Assembly (NCBI GenBank): GCA_051061095.1 | Contig: JBPFEE010000031.1 | Span: 50,501-114,500 of the forward strand | DNA length: 64,000 nucleotides | Direction: 5' to 3' | DNA from: Methylomicrobium sp. | GTDB taxonomy: Bacteria > Pseudomonadota > Gammaproteobacteria > Methylococcales > Methylomonadaceae | In this document: positions 41,518-52,620 of the stretch, piece by piece | Layout of the letters: every line of letters starts with the position of its first letter | Numbering within the stretch: position 1 is the first letter of the stretch | The notes under the pieces: generated by a model | Database searches by the model: none | Seen by the model: only the letters and a program-made list of their open reading frames with translations | What the model was told of the DNA's origin: nothing | Translations under genes and position numbers: made by a program

Positions 41518-44500
41518 TCAAACGTCGCTGCGCATCAGGCTCAGCAAATCATCCGCCGACATCCTGCCGCTGACATCCGCGCCGTCGAGCAGGCTGTCGG
41601 CGAGATCGCGCTTGTGGCTGTGCAGCGCGACGATTTTTTCCTCGATGGTCTGTTTCGCGATCATTCGGTAGATCGTGACCGGGCGCTGCTGGCCCATGCG
41701 GTGGGCGCGGTCGGAGGCCTGGTCCTCAACCGCCGGGTTCCACCACGGGTCCATGTGGATCACGTAATCGGCCGCGGTCAGGTTCAGGCCGACGCCTCCG
41801 GCTTTCAGGCTGATCAGGAACAGTTCGCCGTCGCCGCGCTGGAACGCATCGACTCTTTGCTGGCGTTCCTTGGCCGGCGTCGAGCCGTCGAGGTATTGGT
41901 AAGCGATGCCGCGCTGTTCGACATAGCCTTTGATGATCTGCAAATGATCGACGAACTGGCTGAACACCAGCGCCTTGTGTTTGTTGTCGAGCAGTTCCTC
42001 GACGATCTCGCCGAAGGCGGCCAGCTTGCTGCTCGGCAGGCTGATCTCGGCGTTGGCCAGAAGGCTGTTGCAGCAGCTGCGGCGCAGTTTGGTGATCGCG
42101 GCGAGGATTTGCAGATGCTTTTGTCCGGGAGGACCATCCGTGCTGGCCAATGCATTTAGACTTTCGCGGCGGATCGCTTCGTAAAACGCCATTTCGTCGG
42201 AGCTGAGCTCGACGTAGACCGGAATCTCGGTACGCGGCGGCAGTTCCTGCAGGACCTGGGTCTTGGTGCGGCGCAGGATGAAGGGCTGGATCAGCTTCTT
42301 CAAGCGCTGGCGCGCCTGATGGTTGCGGTCGCGCTCGATCGGCCCCGCAAAACGCTGGTTGAATTGCTCCTGCGAGCCGAGCAGCCCCGGATTGATGAAG
42401 CGAAACAGGTTCCAGAGTTCGCCGAGATGATTTTCCAAGGGCGTTCCGGTCATGATGATGCGGAAATCGCCTTGCAGGTTCATCGCGCCTTGCGAACGGC
42501 GGGTCTGGGTATTCTTGATCGCCTGTGCCTCGTCGAGAATCACCATTCGGAAGCGAATCTTTGCGAGCATCTCGGCGACCTGCTCCTGCTGCAACAGGCC
42601 GTAGCTGCAAATCAACAGATCATAAGGCCCGAGACTATCCAGTTGCCCCTGGCGGTCGCCGGCGCCCAATTGCTGCGGCCTCAGCGTCGGCGCGAAGCGG
42701 TTCGCTTCCTTCTCCCAGTTCATGCACACCGAGGTCGGCGCGATGATCAGCGCCGGGCCGTTCGGCGCGCGCTCTACCAAGAGGGCGAGGCCCTGTATCG
42801 TTTTGCCGAGCCCCATGTCGTCGGCCAGACAAGCGCCGACGCCCCATTCGGCCAACCGGGCCAGCCAGACGTAGCCGTCCATCTGATAATCGCGCAGCTC
42901 CGCCTGAAAGGTCGACGGCAGGATCGGATGAAACTCGCGCGCCGCCTTCAGACGCCGCACCTGCTCCTGCCAATGCTTGTCGGCCTTGAAGGCGCCGCCG
43001 TCCTCGCTCCAGTCTGCCAGGGTCAAAGCAGCAAGCGGATTGATTCTGACTTTCCTGCCGCCGATGTCGGCATAGGCATTCAGTTCTTCCAGGCGGCGGC
43101 GAAACGCCTCGGTCAAGGCGACGAACTGGCCGTCGCGCAACTGCAGAAAGCGGCCCTTGCTGTTGCCGAGCAACGACAAAAGTTCCTGCATCTCGATCAC
43201 TGTCGCGTCATCGATCTTCAACTCGCCTTGCAGCGCAAACCAGTCGTTGTCGCGCTTGATGTTCATGCTGAAGTTCGCGCTTCCGGTCTGGCCGAGCAGC
43301 CGGAATCTGACGCCTTCCGGCCACTCGACGATCGCTAGTCCCTCCGGCAGCGCCTGCAATTGCAGCAACAGTTCGAGGCATTGTTCGGGGTCTTCAAGCA
43401 ATCGTTCGCCGGCCTCGTCCTGTTCCGCCTCGGCCAGCGCCGGGCAGGCCGCGAAAAGTGCGTCGGCGCGCTGCCTTTCGAGTTTCAGGTCGCGCCGCGC
43501 CTGTAAGCGCCGTCCGTCGATTTCGGCCAGAACGCTTTCGCCGCCCTGCCCCGGCGGATAATATGCGCCGCCGGTCGCAAACGGGCGGATCAGCAAAGCG
43601 GCCTTCAGCCCTTCGCCGAGCGGCAACAGATGCAATCGCGGCGTGGCGTCGGCCGCGATCTGTTCGGCAGTGCTGGAACTGCCGCCGATGTCTGAATGCA
43701 CGGTCAACAGTCCGGAGATGCCGGTCAGGGTCTGCAGGACTCGCTCCTGCGCGGATAACGGCGCCTCCAGACCTTTCTCTCCCAGGATGGAGCAAATCTT
43801 TTGGTGGGCGGGGGTGAATTCGACGACGCGCAGACGGGTCGGCGTTTCCTTGCTGACATGGACGGTCTGCTCGGACCAGGGCACCGGGTTGAGCCCGATC
43901 CGTATTTTGTCGCTGTTATCCTGTCTGCTGACCCGCAGCTCGGCCTCGCCCTTGACCACTTCGACCCGGACTTCGGGCGCGTCCGCCCAAAACAGCAGCG
44001 GGTGGCCGGCCAGTTCCAGAGGCATTCTGCTGCTGAATTCGTAAGTGCTCGAGCCATACCAACTGCTGTCGCGGTATTCGCTGATCATTCTGCACAGCTT
44101 CAGGTCGTGTTCGCTCAGATAATCGAAACTGTCGCGCTCCGAATAGAGGCGCTTCAGGGCAACGGCCCTGCCTTTGCTCCAGCCGCCCTTGGCCTGCTGT
44201 TTCTGTTCGCGCGGCTCGATGGCAACGGTATGGCCGTATTCCAGATAAGATACCAGCCAGATCAGGCGGATCGGCTTGTCCTGAGCTGCCGGCTGTCCGG
44301 CGCCTTTGCCGCCCTCCGGTGTAATGTTCAGCAAGGCATCCAGCGCCAGATCCCAATCGGGCCGGCTGACGAACAGTTCGGCGAGCGCAAGCGGGCGGGC
44401 GGCCAGAAAACCGGCATCCCAGCGCCCGGCCTCGGCAGGGTCAATTTTAGCGAGTACCTTCGCCAGTTCGGCGGCCGGCCAGCGATAGGCGTGACCCTGT

Positions 44501-45756
44501 AAATGGGCATATAAAGACAGCTGATTTTGGATCGGCTTCGTGAAATGTTCGGCATCGACCCAAAACTGGATTAGCCATAGAAACACATGCTGCAAGACAT
44601 TTGGAATGACGATCGCGGCTTCCGGTTGTCCGTCTTTGCCGAAACCGGCAGTCAGTTTGAACGGCAGCGCTCTTGCCAAAAGCTCGGTCCGCCGCTGCCG
44701 GTCGCCCTGTTGAAATTCGTGGAACAGTGCGAGATAGCGGTAAATGTCGGTCCAGAGCCCGCCTATCTTGACCGCCTGGGCGAGCAGGTTCGGCAGCTTC
44801 GCTAAACGTTCGGCACCGCGCAGTTTCAAGATCGCGAGCGGATAGAATACCCCGGCCAGGCCGTAAAAATACGCCGTGCGTTTGCCGGTTTCTTTTCTGA
44901 ATGCCTGCAGCGCCTTTTCGAAGCGGCCGATCGCCTGCTCCGGATCGCCTTTCATAAAGACCAGCACCGCTGCGACCGCCTGCAATTCGGGCTCGGTGCG
45001 GGGCGTTATCCAATGCTCGAGTTCATCCCAGTCGCCGCGCAATAATTGTAATTCGGCAAACACGCGCGCCTCCAAAGGCGCCTTGACGAGCCCCGGCTCG
45101 AGCGCGCACTGGCGTAAAAAATCGTCAATGGCCGGATCGGCATAGAGATGGGTCAACTGGTGTAAAGCCATATTGCCGGCGATGTCGTGCAGGATGACCG
45201 GATGGCGGCTCTTCAACCAGGCGAGATCGAAAGGGTTTAATATCCACCGCAGATACATGTCGTAATCCGGCGGCAAATTCAGGACATAACGGCCGATTTT
45301 CAGGCATTCGTTGGCTTCCTTATACTCGCGGCGGTGAAAGCGGATCCGCGCGTCACGCAGGCAGTCGTCGGCCTTATCGTAACGGTAATAGCCGCCGCGC
45401 ACCGGCGCATGGCGACCGATACTGTCGGCGATTTTCCGGAAGGCGCGCTCATCTTCCGCCAGCTTTCGGGTCAGCGGTTCGATAAACCGTCGCGCGCATC
45501 GGAAAGTACCCTGTTTAGGCGTTTTTTCGACTAGCCGCAAGTCATGCAGCGCTTCCAGCAGCGGCGCCAGCGTAGCCGGCTTGAGTGCCTTGCCGTCCTT
45601 GTCTTTAAACCCGAGATCGGATAAACATTTGCCGATCAGCGTCGGGCCGGCGTAGCCGTAATGAACGGCCAGCATTTCCAGTATGGCGCGTTGATTGGAG
45701 GGAAGTTGTTCGTACTGGTTGAATAGTTCGGAAAGAATCGCGGAAGCCATCGCCAA
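41518..45756 (-). CDS. SNF2/SWI2-family helicase-like ATPase with long N-terminal region
   Basis: LADDMGLGKT, DEAQ, TGTPLEN, LRRTK, SLKAGGVGLNL, QASDRAHRMGQ. Confidence 0.95.
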   Translation of the reverse strand: MAMASAILSELFNQYEQLPSNQRAILEMLAVHYGYAGPTLIGKCLSDLGFKDKDGKALKPATLAPLLEALHDLRLVEKTPKQGTFRCARRFIEPLTRKLAEDERAFRKIADSIGRHAPVRGGYYRYDKADDCLRDARIRFHRREYKEANECLKIGRYVLNLPPDYDMYLRWILNPFDLAWLKSRHPVILHDIAGNMALHQLTHLYADPAIDDFLRQCALEPGLVKAPLEARVFAELQLLRGDWDELEHWITPRTEPELQAVAAVLVFMKGDPEQAIGRFEKALQAFRKETGKRTAYFYGLAGVFYPLAILKLRGAERLAKLPNLLAQAVKIGGLWTDIYRYLALFHEFQQGDRQRRTELLARALPFKLTAGFGKDGQPEAAIVIPNVLQHVFLWLIQFWVDAEHFTKPIQNQLSLYAHLQGHAYRWPAAELAKVLAKIDPAEAGRWDAGFLAARPLALAELFVSRPDWDLALDALLNITPEGGKGAGQPAAQDKPIRLIWLVSYLEYGHTVAIEPREQKQQAKGGWSKGRAVALKRLYSERDSFDYLSEHDLKLCRMISEYRDSSWYGSSTYEFSSRMPLELAGHPLLFWADAPEVRVEVVKGEAELRVSRQDNSDKIRIGLNPVPWSEQTVHVSKETPTRLRVVEFTPAHQKICSILGEKGLEAPLSAQERVLQTLTGISGLLTVHSDIGGSSSTAEQIAADATPRLHLLPLGEGLKAALLIRPFATGGAYYPPGQGGESVLAEIDGRRLQARRDLKLERQRADALFAACPALAEAEQDEAGERLLEDPEQCLELLLQLQALPEGLAIVEWPEGVRFRLLGQTGSANFSMNIKRDNDWFALQGELKIDDATVIEMQELLSLLGNSKGRFLQLRDGQFVALTEAFRRRLEELNAYADIGGRKVRINPLAALTLADWSEDGGAFKADKHWQEQVRRLKAAREFHPILPSTFQAELRDYQMDGYVWLARLAEWGVGACLADDMGLGKTIQGLALLVERAPNGPALIIAPTSVCMNWEKEANRFAPTLRPQQLGAGDRQGQLDSLGPYDLLICSYGLLQQEQVAEMLAKIRFRMVILDEAQAIKNTQTRRSQGAMNLQGDFRIIMTGTPLENHLGELWNLFRFINPGLLGSQEQFNQRFAGPIERDRNHQARQRLKKLIQPFILRRTKTQVLQELPPRTEIPVYVELSSDEMAFYEAIRRESLNALASTDGPPGQKHLQILAAITKLRRSCCNSLLANAEISLPSSKLAAFGEIVEELLDNKHKALVFSQFVDHLQIIKGYVEQRGIAYQYLDGSTPAKERQQRVDAFQRGDGELFLISLKAGGVGLNLTAADYVIHMDPWWNPAVEDQASDRAHRMGQQRPVTIYRMIAKQTIEEKIVALHSHKRDLADSLLDGADVSGRMSADDLLSLMRSDV

Positions 45757-45926
45757 TGCTGACTCATGTAAAGGTTTAAAGCGGATTGAAGCCGGATTAC
45801 GGCGGTAGCCATCCTGGCCGAAGAAAAAATGTCGGGCGAGGCCGGCGCCCAGTAAATCAATCGAACTCGAAACTCAGGAGTGAAGCGCCCCGGCCCCGCC
45901 CGACATTTGATCCTGGCGTGCCGGTC

Positions 45927-46829
45927 TTATTCCGCCGTTCCCAGGATCGCGGACGTACGCGCCTTCGCGAAAGATCGGTCGAAAATCAGCGGCTGTTCGG
46001 ATGGGATAGCAGGCGCTGCGTCCTCGGCCACTCCCCCGCGCTGCAAGCCGACAAAATCGAATAATTGCGCATCGGCCAATTGCGAAGGCGCCACGTTTTG
46101 CAGGCTCGTAAAAATCGTTTCGAGACGCCCCGGAAATTGTCTGTCCCATCCCTGCAGCATCTGTTTCATTGCCTTGCGTTGCAGGTTTTCCTGCGATCCG
46201 CATAAATTGCACGGGATAATCGGAAAGTTTTTGAAGGCGGAGAAGCGCTCGATATCCTTCTCACGGCAATAAGCGAGCGGCCGAATCACGATGTTTTTCT
46301 TGTCGTCGCTGAGCAGTTTGGGCGGCATGGCTTTCAGTTTTCCGCCGTAGAAAATGTTCAGGAAAAAAGTCTCCAGAATGTCGTCGCGGTGATGGCCAAG
46401 CGCGATCTTGGTCACGCCGTGCTCCTCGGCGAAGCCATACAGAATGCCGCGGCGCAGCCGGGAGCACAGGCCGCAGGTGGTCGCGCCCTCGGGGATCACG
46501 CGCTTGACCACGCTATAGGTATCGCGCTCGATGATATGGTAAGGCACGCCGATCGATTCGAGGTATTCGGGCAATACATGTTCGGGAAAGCCGGGCTGCT
46601 TCTGATCCAGGTTCACTGCGATAATCTCGAACCGGACCGGCGCGGTCTTTTGCAGATTCAGCAGAATGTCGAGCAGCGTGAACGAGTCCTTGCCGCCGGA
46701 CAGGCAGACCATTACCTTATCGCCGTTCTCGATCATGTTGTAATCGGCGATCGCGTCGCCGACGTTGTGGCGCAGACGTTTTTGCAATTTGTTGAATTGG
46801 GTGCGGGTTTTCGAGCGGGTATCCGACAT
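45927..46829 (-). CDS. ttcA: tRNA 2-thiocytidine synthase TtcA
   Basis: PP-loop SGGKDS, CGLC and CNLC motifs, GHHRDD; start placed at ATG 46829. Confidence 0.96.
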   Translation of the reverse strand: MSDTRSKTRTQFNKLQKRLRHNVGDAIADYNMIENGDKVMVCLSGGKDSFTLLDILLNLQKTAPVRFEIIAVNLDQKQPGFPEHVLPEYLESIGVPYHIIERDTYSVVKRVIPEGATTCGLCSRLRRGILYGFAEEHGVTKIALGHHRDDILETFFLNIFYGGKLKAMPPKLLSDDKKNIVIRPLAYCREKDIERFSAFKNFPIIPCNLCGSQENLQRKAMKQMLQGWDRQFPGRLETIFTSLQNVAPSQLADAQLFDFVGLQRGGVAEDAAPAIPSEQPLIFDRSFAKARTSAILGTAE

Positions 46830-46856
46830 GCGCGGCAAATAAAAAGCAGATTAACG

Positions 46857-46876
46857 AAAAAAGGGCCTTACGGCCC
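46857..46876 (-). terminator. Rho-independent terminator after fabB
   Basis: Minus strand reads gggcc-gtaa-ggccc followed by a T tract, just downstream of the fabB stop. Confidence 0.7.
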
Positions 46877-46888
46877 CCGGGAATGGGT

Positions 46889-48109
46889 TCAACCAGTGTA
46901 CCGCTCGAACACCAGGGTGGCGTTCGTGCCGCCGAAACCGAAGCTGTTCGACATGAGCGTGTTCAGGTTCACGTTGTCCTCGCGCTCGCGCACGATCGGA
47001 ATGCCTTCTGCGCCAGGATCGAGATGGGTGATGTTCGCCGAGGCGCTCAGGAAATTTTCTTCCATCATCAGCAACGAATAAATCGCCTCGTTCACGCCGG
47101 CAGCGCCCAAGGCATGGCCGGTCAAGGACTTGGTCGAACTGACCTTCGGCACTTGGCCGAAGCCGAATACGGTGCGCAGGGCTTCAAGCTCCCGGGTGTC
47201 GCCGACCGGCGTGCTGGTGCCGTGCGCGTTGATGTAATCGACCTTGTTGCGCACAGTCGCCAACGCCTGGCGCATACAGCGCACCGCGCCTTCGCCGGAC
47301 GGCTGCACCATGTCGTAACCGTCGGAGGTCGCGCCGTAGCCGGTTAATTCGGCATAAATTTTGGCGCCGCGCGCTTTCGCGTGTTCCAGTTCCTCGACAA
47401 CCAATACGCCGCCGCCGCCGGAAATCACGAAGCCGTCGCGGGTTTCGTCATACGGCCGCGATGCGGTTTCCGGCGCATCATTATACTTGGACGACAACGC
47501 ACCCATCGCATCGAACAGCAGCGACATGGTCCAGTGTACTTCCTCGCCGCCGCCGGCAAAGACGATGTCCTGTTTGCCCATCTGGATCAATTCCATCGCA
47601 TGGCCGATGCAGTGTGCGCTGGTCGCACAGGCCGAACTGATCGAATAATTGACGCCCTTGATCTTGAACGGGGTGGCAAGGCAGGCCGTATTGGTGCTGG
47701 ACATCGTGCGCGGCACCATATAAGGTCCAACTTTTTTAATGCCTTTTTCGCGCAAAATATCGGCCGCTTCGACCAGATTCGAAGTCGAAGGCCCGCCGGA
47801 ACCCATCACCAGACCGGTCCTTTCGTTCGAAATATCGCTGTCTTCCAGACCGGAATCATCGATCGCCTGCTGCATCGCGACATAGTTGAACGCCGCGCCG
47901 TCGCCCATGAAGCGCTTGATCTTGCGGTCGATGAAAGCCTCCAGATCGATCTTGATCGCGCCGTGGATATGACTGCGGAAGCCGAGTTCCCGGTAAATAT
48001 CGGCAAAGCCGATCCCCGACCGTCCGAGTTTCAATGATTCGACGACTTCATCCCTGTTATTGCCGATACTCGAAACGATGCCCAAACCGGTTACCACAAC
48101 TCTTTTCAT
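46889..48109 (-). CDS. fabB: Beta-ketoacyl-ACP synthase I
   Basis: [29 protein letters not shown]; directly after fabA. Confidence 0.97.
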   Translation of the reverse strand: MKRVVVTGLGIVSSIGNNRDEVVESLKLGRSGIGFADIYRELGFRSHIHGAIKIDLEAFIDRKIKRFMGDGAAFNYVAMQQAIDDSGLEDSDISNERTGLVMGSGGPSTSNLVEAADILREKGIKKVGPYMVPRTMSSTNTACLATPFKIKGVNYSISSACATSAHCIGHAMELIQMGKQDIVFAGGGEEVHWTMSLLFDAMGALSSKYNDAPETASRPYDETRDGFVISGGGGVLVVEELEHAKARGAKIYAELTGYGATSDGYDMVQPSGEGAVRCMRQALATVRNKVDYINAHGTSTPVGDTRELEALRTVFGFGQVPKVSSTKSLTGHALGAAGVNEAIYSLLMMEENFLSASANITHLDPGAEGIPIVREREDNVNLNTLMSNSFGFGGTNATLVFERYTG

Positions 48110-48120
48110 TACTTTAAACC

Positions 48121-48636
48121 TTAGAAATCTTCTGTAGAAGTAAACAAACCCACGCGCAGATCAGTCGCCTCATATATGACTTTGCCGTCCACTTCCATCG
48201 TGGCGTCTGCAATACCCATCACCAGCTTGCGCAGGATCAGCCGTTTCATGTTGATCCGGTAAATCACCTTTTTGGCGGTAGGCAATACCTGACCGGTAAA
48301 TTTGACCTCGCCGACGCCGAGCGCGCGCCCTTTGCCTGGCCCGCCCATCCAGCAGAGAAAAAATCCGACCAGCTGCCACATCGCATCAAGCCCCAAACAC
48401 CCCGGCATAACCGGATCCCCCTGAAAATGGCAGTCGAAAAACCATAGATCGGGCTTGATATCGAGTTCGGCGATGATTTCGCCTTTGCCGTACAGCCCGC
48501 CCTCGTCGGTAATCAACGTAATGCGATCCATCATCAGCATAGGCGGCAACGGCAACTGCGCATTATTGGGTCCGTACAGTTCGCCCCTCCCGGACATCAA
48601 CAATTCTTCGCGCGTCAAGCTATGCTTTTTCTCCAT
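48121..48636 (-). CDS. fabA: 3-hydroxydecanoyl-ACP dehydratase/isomerase
   Basis: [25 protein letters not shown] signature. Confidence 0.98.
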   Translation of the reverse strand: MEKKHSLTREELLMSGRGELYGPNNAQLPLPPMLMMDRITLITDEGGLYGKGEIIAELDIKPDLWFFDCHFQGDPVMPGCLGLDAMWQLVGFFLCWMGGPGKGRALGVGEVKFTGQVLPTAKKVIYRINMKRLILRKLVMGIADATMEVDGKVIYEATDLRVGLFTSTEDF

Positions 48637-48715
48637 TATGTGTTTACCTTGGCAAATTTTTATTAAATTAGTTCCGTATATTATCTATCAGGCATTAAAA
48701 AAAATCAGCTCATTT

Positions 48716-50623
48716 TTACCCCGCGGGAATGGCGGTCATCAGGTCCTTCATCTTTAACGGGCTTTTATTGAGCCGGTGTTGATAAATAATCGCGTAGAAT
48801 AAAACCGACGCCACATATTTTCGGGTTTCTTTATATGGGATCGTTTCGACCCACATATCCGCGGCCATCGCGTCCCCGTTCGGCAGCCATTTCGCCACTC
48901 TTGCGGGGCCTGCGTTGTAAGCCGCCGCCGCCAGCGCCACATGGCCGTTGAAGCGCTGCAGCAGTTTCCTGAAGTAATAAGCCCCCAATTGAATATTCAC
49001 GTTCGGGTCGAACAGACTGGCGTCAGTTTCCAGGTTTTGCTGGATTTCCCGTGCAATCTGTCTGCCCGTTTTCGGCATCACCTGCATCAATCCCAGGGCG
49101 CCCACGGGCGACTCGGCTTTACTGTCGAGCATGCTTTCCTGCCGGATCACGCCCAATACGACCGCAGGATCGAGATTCTGCCGAAAAGCGTTGTTTTGCA
49201 CCTGCTCCAGATAGCGGACCGGAAAACGTAAGGACAGATCATCCCAATAATCCGCCTTGACCAGCGTCCTGATTGCGATAGGCTCCCAGCCCCAAGACTC
49301 TGCAAGCTTGGCTGCCTGGGCGCGCTTCTGTTTGGTCAGTTTATCGACCGTAAACCACCATTGCCGCTGAGCTTCCATGTCGCGGTTTAAAGCCCTTAGC
49401 TCAAGCACGGCCTGAAAATCTTTTTCGGCCGCCAACTCCGCCAGCTCCTTCGGGGCCAACTGAACCGGATTATCCGCTAGGCGGTAAGTCTGCGACACCG
49501 CATCGGCGGCCAGAAAACCATAGAAGCTCCGGTCATTGGCCGCCTGCCTATACAACGAACGCGCCTCCTCGTGGTGGCCGGCCTCCGCAAAGACGCGCGC
49601 CTGCCAGTATTGCCAGCGCGCTTCTTTGAGTTCCTCGAGCGTCAGTCCCGATACGGCCGCCGCAATATGCCCCCAGTTTTGCTCGAACAAAGCCGATCTG
49701 ACCCGCCACTCCCTGATCTCGGCGTCATAAGCGATCAAACCGGTTAACCGGTCATAGGCGCCCGCTTTTCTTTGAAACGCCAAGGCCAGCGCCAGTCGGC
49801 GCTCGATCATTTGCTTGTGGCGGTCTTCCAGCTGCAAGCTGTTTTTTTGGGCATCCCACAGCCGCACCGCCATGACGGGATCCGACTTGGCCATGCGATC
49901 GATTCCGTGCGCAAAAATCCGGGCAAAAAATTTATCGTTACCCGGACGATTCTTTGCTTCAATGATCAGATCGGGATTTTTATCGACTTTGAGCCATGCC
50001 TCCGCCGCCTCACGGTCCGCCCCTGTCAACTGTCGCGCAAGCGACTCTGCCAGTTGCCGATGGTTTCCCTTCAGCGCCATTTCGAACCGTTGCCAAATCA
50101 TCTCACGAGTCATCAGCGCGGACTTCGACAACCCCGTAAATAACGGCTCGCATTCGCTCGGCTGCGAACTGCCGCTCATCCATAACCGTTTGGCATGCAG
50201 CAAAGCTTGTTCCCGAAAACCGGTTTGATGCTGAGCCCAGTGATACAGGCATTCGAGCGCCACATCGCCGTCAGCCTGATAGTTATCGATATATTCCCGC
50301 CACTGGCTGTGCTCGGCCATCGATTTAAGCCATTTTCCCCGCAACAGCGGCGCATAACGGGAATCTTTATAGGCGGTCAGAAACGCACGGATTTTATCGG
50401 TTTGGGTCAGGTCTTTCTTTAACCACTGATACTGAAGATAAGGATGCAGGGGATACTCGGTCAATGTATCGGCAAGCGCCTGAAAGGCAGCGCTATCGCC
50501 CCGCTCGATAGCCTGCTCGGCCAATACAAAATCCCTGCGCTCGCGCTGCCAGTCGCGCGCCCAGGCGGCATGGAATCCTAACGTCAGACAGAGTATCCAG
50601 AAAATGATTTGCAAGGACTTCAT
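48716..50623 (-). CDS. slt: Soluble lytic murein transglycosylase (Slt70-like)
   Basis: Signal peptide, IRQES, GALGLMQVMP, AAYNAGP, ETIPYKETRKYV; start placed at ATG 50623. Confidence 0.94.
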   Translation of the reverse strand: MKSLQIIFWILCLTLGFHAAWARDWQRERRDFVLAEQAIERGDSAAFQALADTLTEYPLHPYLQYQWLKKDLTQTDKIRAFLTAYKDSRYAPLLRGKWLKSMAEHSQWREYIDNYQADGDVALECLYHWAQHQTGFREQALLHAKRLWMSGSSQPSECEPLFTGLSKSALMTREMIWQRFEMALKGNHRQLAESLARQLTGADREAAEAWLKVDKNPDLIIEAKNRPGNDKFFARIFAHGIDRMAKSDPVMAVRLWDAQKNSLQLEDRHKQMIERRLALALAFQRKAGAYDRLTGLIAYDAEIREWRVRSALFEQNWGHIAAAVSGLTLEELKEARWQYWQARVFAEAGHHEEARSLYRQAANDRSFYGFLAADAVSQTYRLADNPVQLAPKELAELAAEKDFQAVLELRALNRDMEAQRQWWFTVDKLTKQKRAQAAKLAESWGWEPIAIRTLVKADYWDDLSLRFPVRYLEQVQNNAFRQNLDPAVVLGVIRQESMLDSKAESPVGALGLMQVMPKTGRQIAREIQQNLETDASLFDPNVNIQLGAYYFRKLLQRFNGHVALAAAAYNAGPARVAKWLPNGDAMAADMWVETIPYKETRKYVASVLFYAIIYQHRLNKSPLKMKDLMTAIPAG

Positions 50624-50737
50624 TCGGTTTTGAGAAATTGATTGAAACCACGGTCTCAACGGGATGAACTTGGATCGCCGCCCAACTGCGGCGCGCTATG
50701 ACTAAATCCAAGGCTTCGCTATAATGACGCGGAAAAT

Positions 50738-52558
50738 ATGACGAATTTAACTCGAAACGTGCACTTCAAGCCAACCCAATCCCAGGCGGCGCCTTTTAGC
50801 TGGAATTATATCTTTCAAATTGCGCGGGAACACAAAAAAGCTCTGATTTATTCTCATATTATCGCCATCCTGGCGATGATCGCGAGCGTGCCGGTGCCGC
50901 TGTTCATGCCGCTGCTGGTCGATGAAATCCTGCTGCACAAGCCAGGCCTGATCATTGGATCGCTGAATCCGCTTGTACCCGACGCATGGCAAGTGCCGAT
51001 CTTCTATATTACGGCCGTCCTGTTGGCAAGTCTGTTGCTCCGGATCATCGCGATTATTTTCAACATCATCCAGGCGCGCGAGTTTTCCTGCATTGCGAAA
51101 GACATCATCTTTCGTATCCGAGAGAACCTGATCGGCCACCTGCAAACAATATCGATGGCCGAATACGAAAGCCTCGGCACCGGCTCGATCGTAACGCATC
51201 TGGTCACCGATCTCGATACGATCGACAATTTCATCGGCAATACGATCAGCAAATTGCTGGTGGCCATCCTGACCATTTTCGGCACTGCCGTGATCCTGCT
51301 CTGGATGAACTGGCGGCTGGGCCTGTTTATCTTGCTATTGAATCCGGTCGTGATCTATTTTACGCGCGTAGTCGGCGGCAAGGTCAAGGATTTGAAGAGC
51401 AAGGAAAATTCCGCTTACGGCATCTTTCAGGAATCCTTGACCGAGACCCTCGAAGCGATTCATCAGATTCGCGCCAGCAACCGCGAAAAACATTATTGCC
51501 GCCAATTGATCGAATCGGCCCGCTATGTGAAGGATTATTCGGCCGCCTATGTCTGGAAAAGCGACGCGGCGAACCGGCTGAGCTTCTTGATATTTCTGTT
51601 CGGCTTCGACGTCTTTCGCGCCTTGGCGATGCTGATGGTGTTCTATTCGGACCTGACGATAGGGCAGATGCTCGCGGTGTTCGGCTATCTCTGGTTCATG
51701 ATGGCGCCGGTCCAGGAAATTCTGAACATTCAGTATTCTTTTTATGCGGCGAAAGCGGCTTTGGCCCGGATCAATAAACTGAAGGCGCTCAAGCAGGAGC
51801 CGCATTATCCGCATCTTGAAAATCCGTTTCTAAATAAAAAGACCGTCGCCATCCGGATCGAAGACCTGCATTTCAGCTACGGCGAAGAAAAAGTGCTGAA
51901 CGGCATCCATCTGACCATCAACGCCGGCGATAAAGTCGCGCTGGTCGGGGCCAGCGGGGGCGGCAAATCGACCCTGATCCAGACCTTGATCGGCCTGTAT
52001 CCGGCGCAGAGCGGCACGATTTATTTCGACGAAGCGCCCCTGGAACGGATTGGCCTGGAGGTAGTCAGAGAAAACGTGGTGACCGTTTTGCAGCAGCCGA
52101 TCCTGTTCAACGATACCATACGCGCCAATTTGACCTTAGGGCGAACCGTGACCGATGCGGAATTATGGAATGCATTGGAGATTGCGCAACTCGGCGACAT
52201 CGTAAAAGATTTGCCCACCGGTTTGGATACCGTGGTCGGACGGCACGGCATGCGCTTATCGGGCGGTCAACGGCAGCGCCTTGCGATTGCCCGGATGATC
52301 GTCGCGAAACCGAAAGTCGTGATTCTGGACGAAGCCACCTCCGCGCTCGACAGCGAAACCGAATACAACCTGCACCACGCGCTGGCCGGTTTTTTGAAAG
52401 GTTTGACTACGATCATCATCGCCCACCGGCTTAGCGCCGTCAAACAGGCCGATCATGTCTATGTATTTGAAGAAGGCCGGATCTGCGAACAAGGACGGCA
52501 TGAAACGCTGATTGCCCAGAATGGCCTTTATGCAAAACTCTATGGCGAGTATCAATAA
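50738..52558 (+). CDS. ABC exporter, fused permease/ATPase
   Basis: TM domain plus GASGGGKST, LSGGQRQR, ILDEATSALD. Confidence 0.95.
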   Translation: MTNLTRNVHFKPTQSQAAPFSWNYIFQIAREHKKALIYSHIIAILAMIASVPVPLFMPLLVDEILLHKPGLIIGSLNPLVPDAWQVPIFYITAVLLASLLLRIIAIIFNIIQAREFSCIAKDIIFRIRENLIGHLQTISMAEYESLGTGSIVTHLVTDLDTIDNFIGNTISKLLVAILTIFGTAVILLWMNWRLGLFILLLNPVVIYFTRVVGGKVKDLKSKENSAYGIFQESLTETLEAIHQIRASNREKHYCRQLIESARYVKDYSAAYVWKSDAANRLSFLIFLFGFDVFRALAMLMVFYSDLTIGQMLAVFGYLWFMMAPVQEILNIQYSFYAAKAALARINKLKALKQEPHYPHLENPFLNKKTVAIRIEDLHFSYGEEKVLNGIHLTINAGDKVALVGASGGGKSTLIQTLIGLYPAQSGTIYFDEAPLERIGLEVVRENVVTVLQQPILFNDTIRANLTLGRTVTDAELWNALEIAQLGDIVKDLPTGLDTVVGRHGMRLSGGQRQRLAIARMIVAKPKVVILDEATSALDSETEYNLHHALAGFLKGLTTIIIAHRLSAVKQADHVYVFEEGRICEQGRHETLIAQNGLYAKLYGEYQ

Positions 52559-52620
52559 CAACTGGCGAAAGGCAAAAAGCTTGGCCGACACGCCAAAAAT
52601 CATAATATTAACAATAATCC

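Noticed and set aside
45801-45812. ops-like GGCGGTAG
   Set aside because: Incomplete consensus, on the strand opposite the adjacent genes, and far from the polysaccharide leader.
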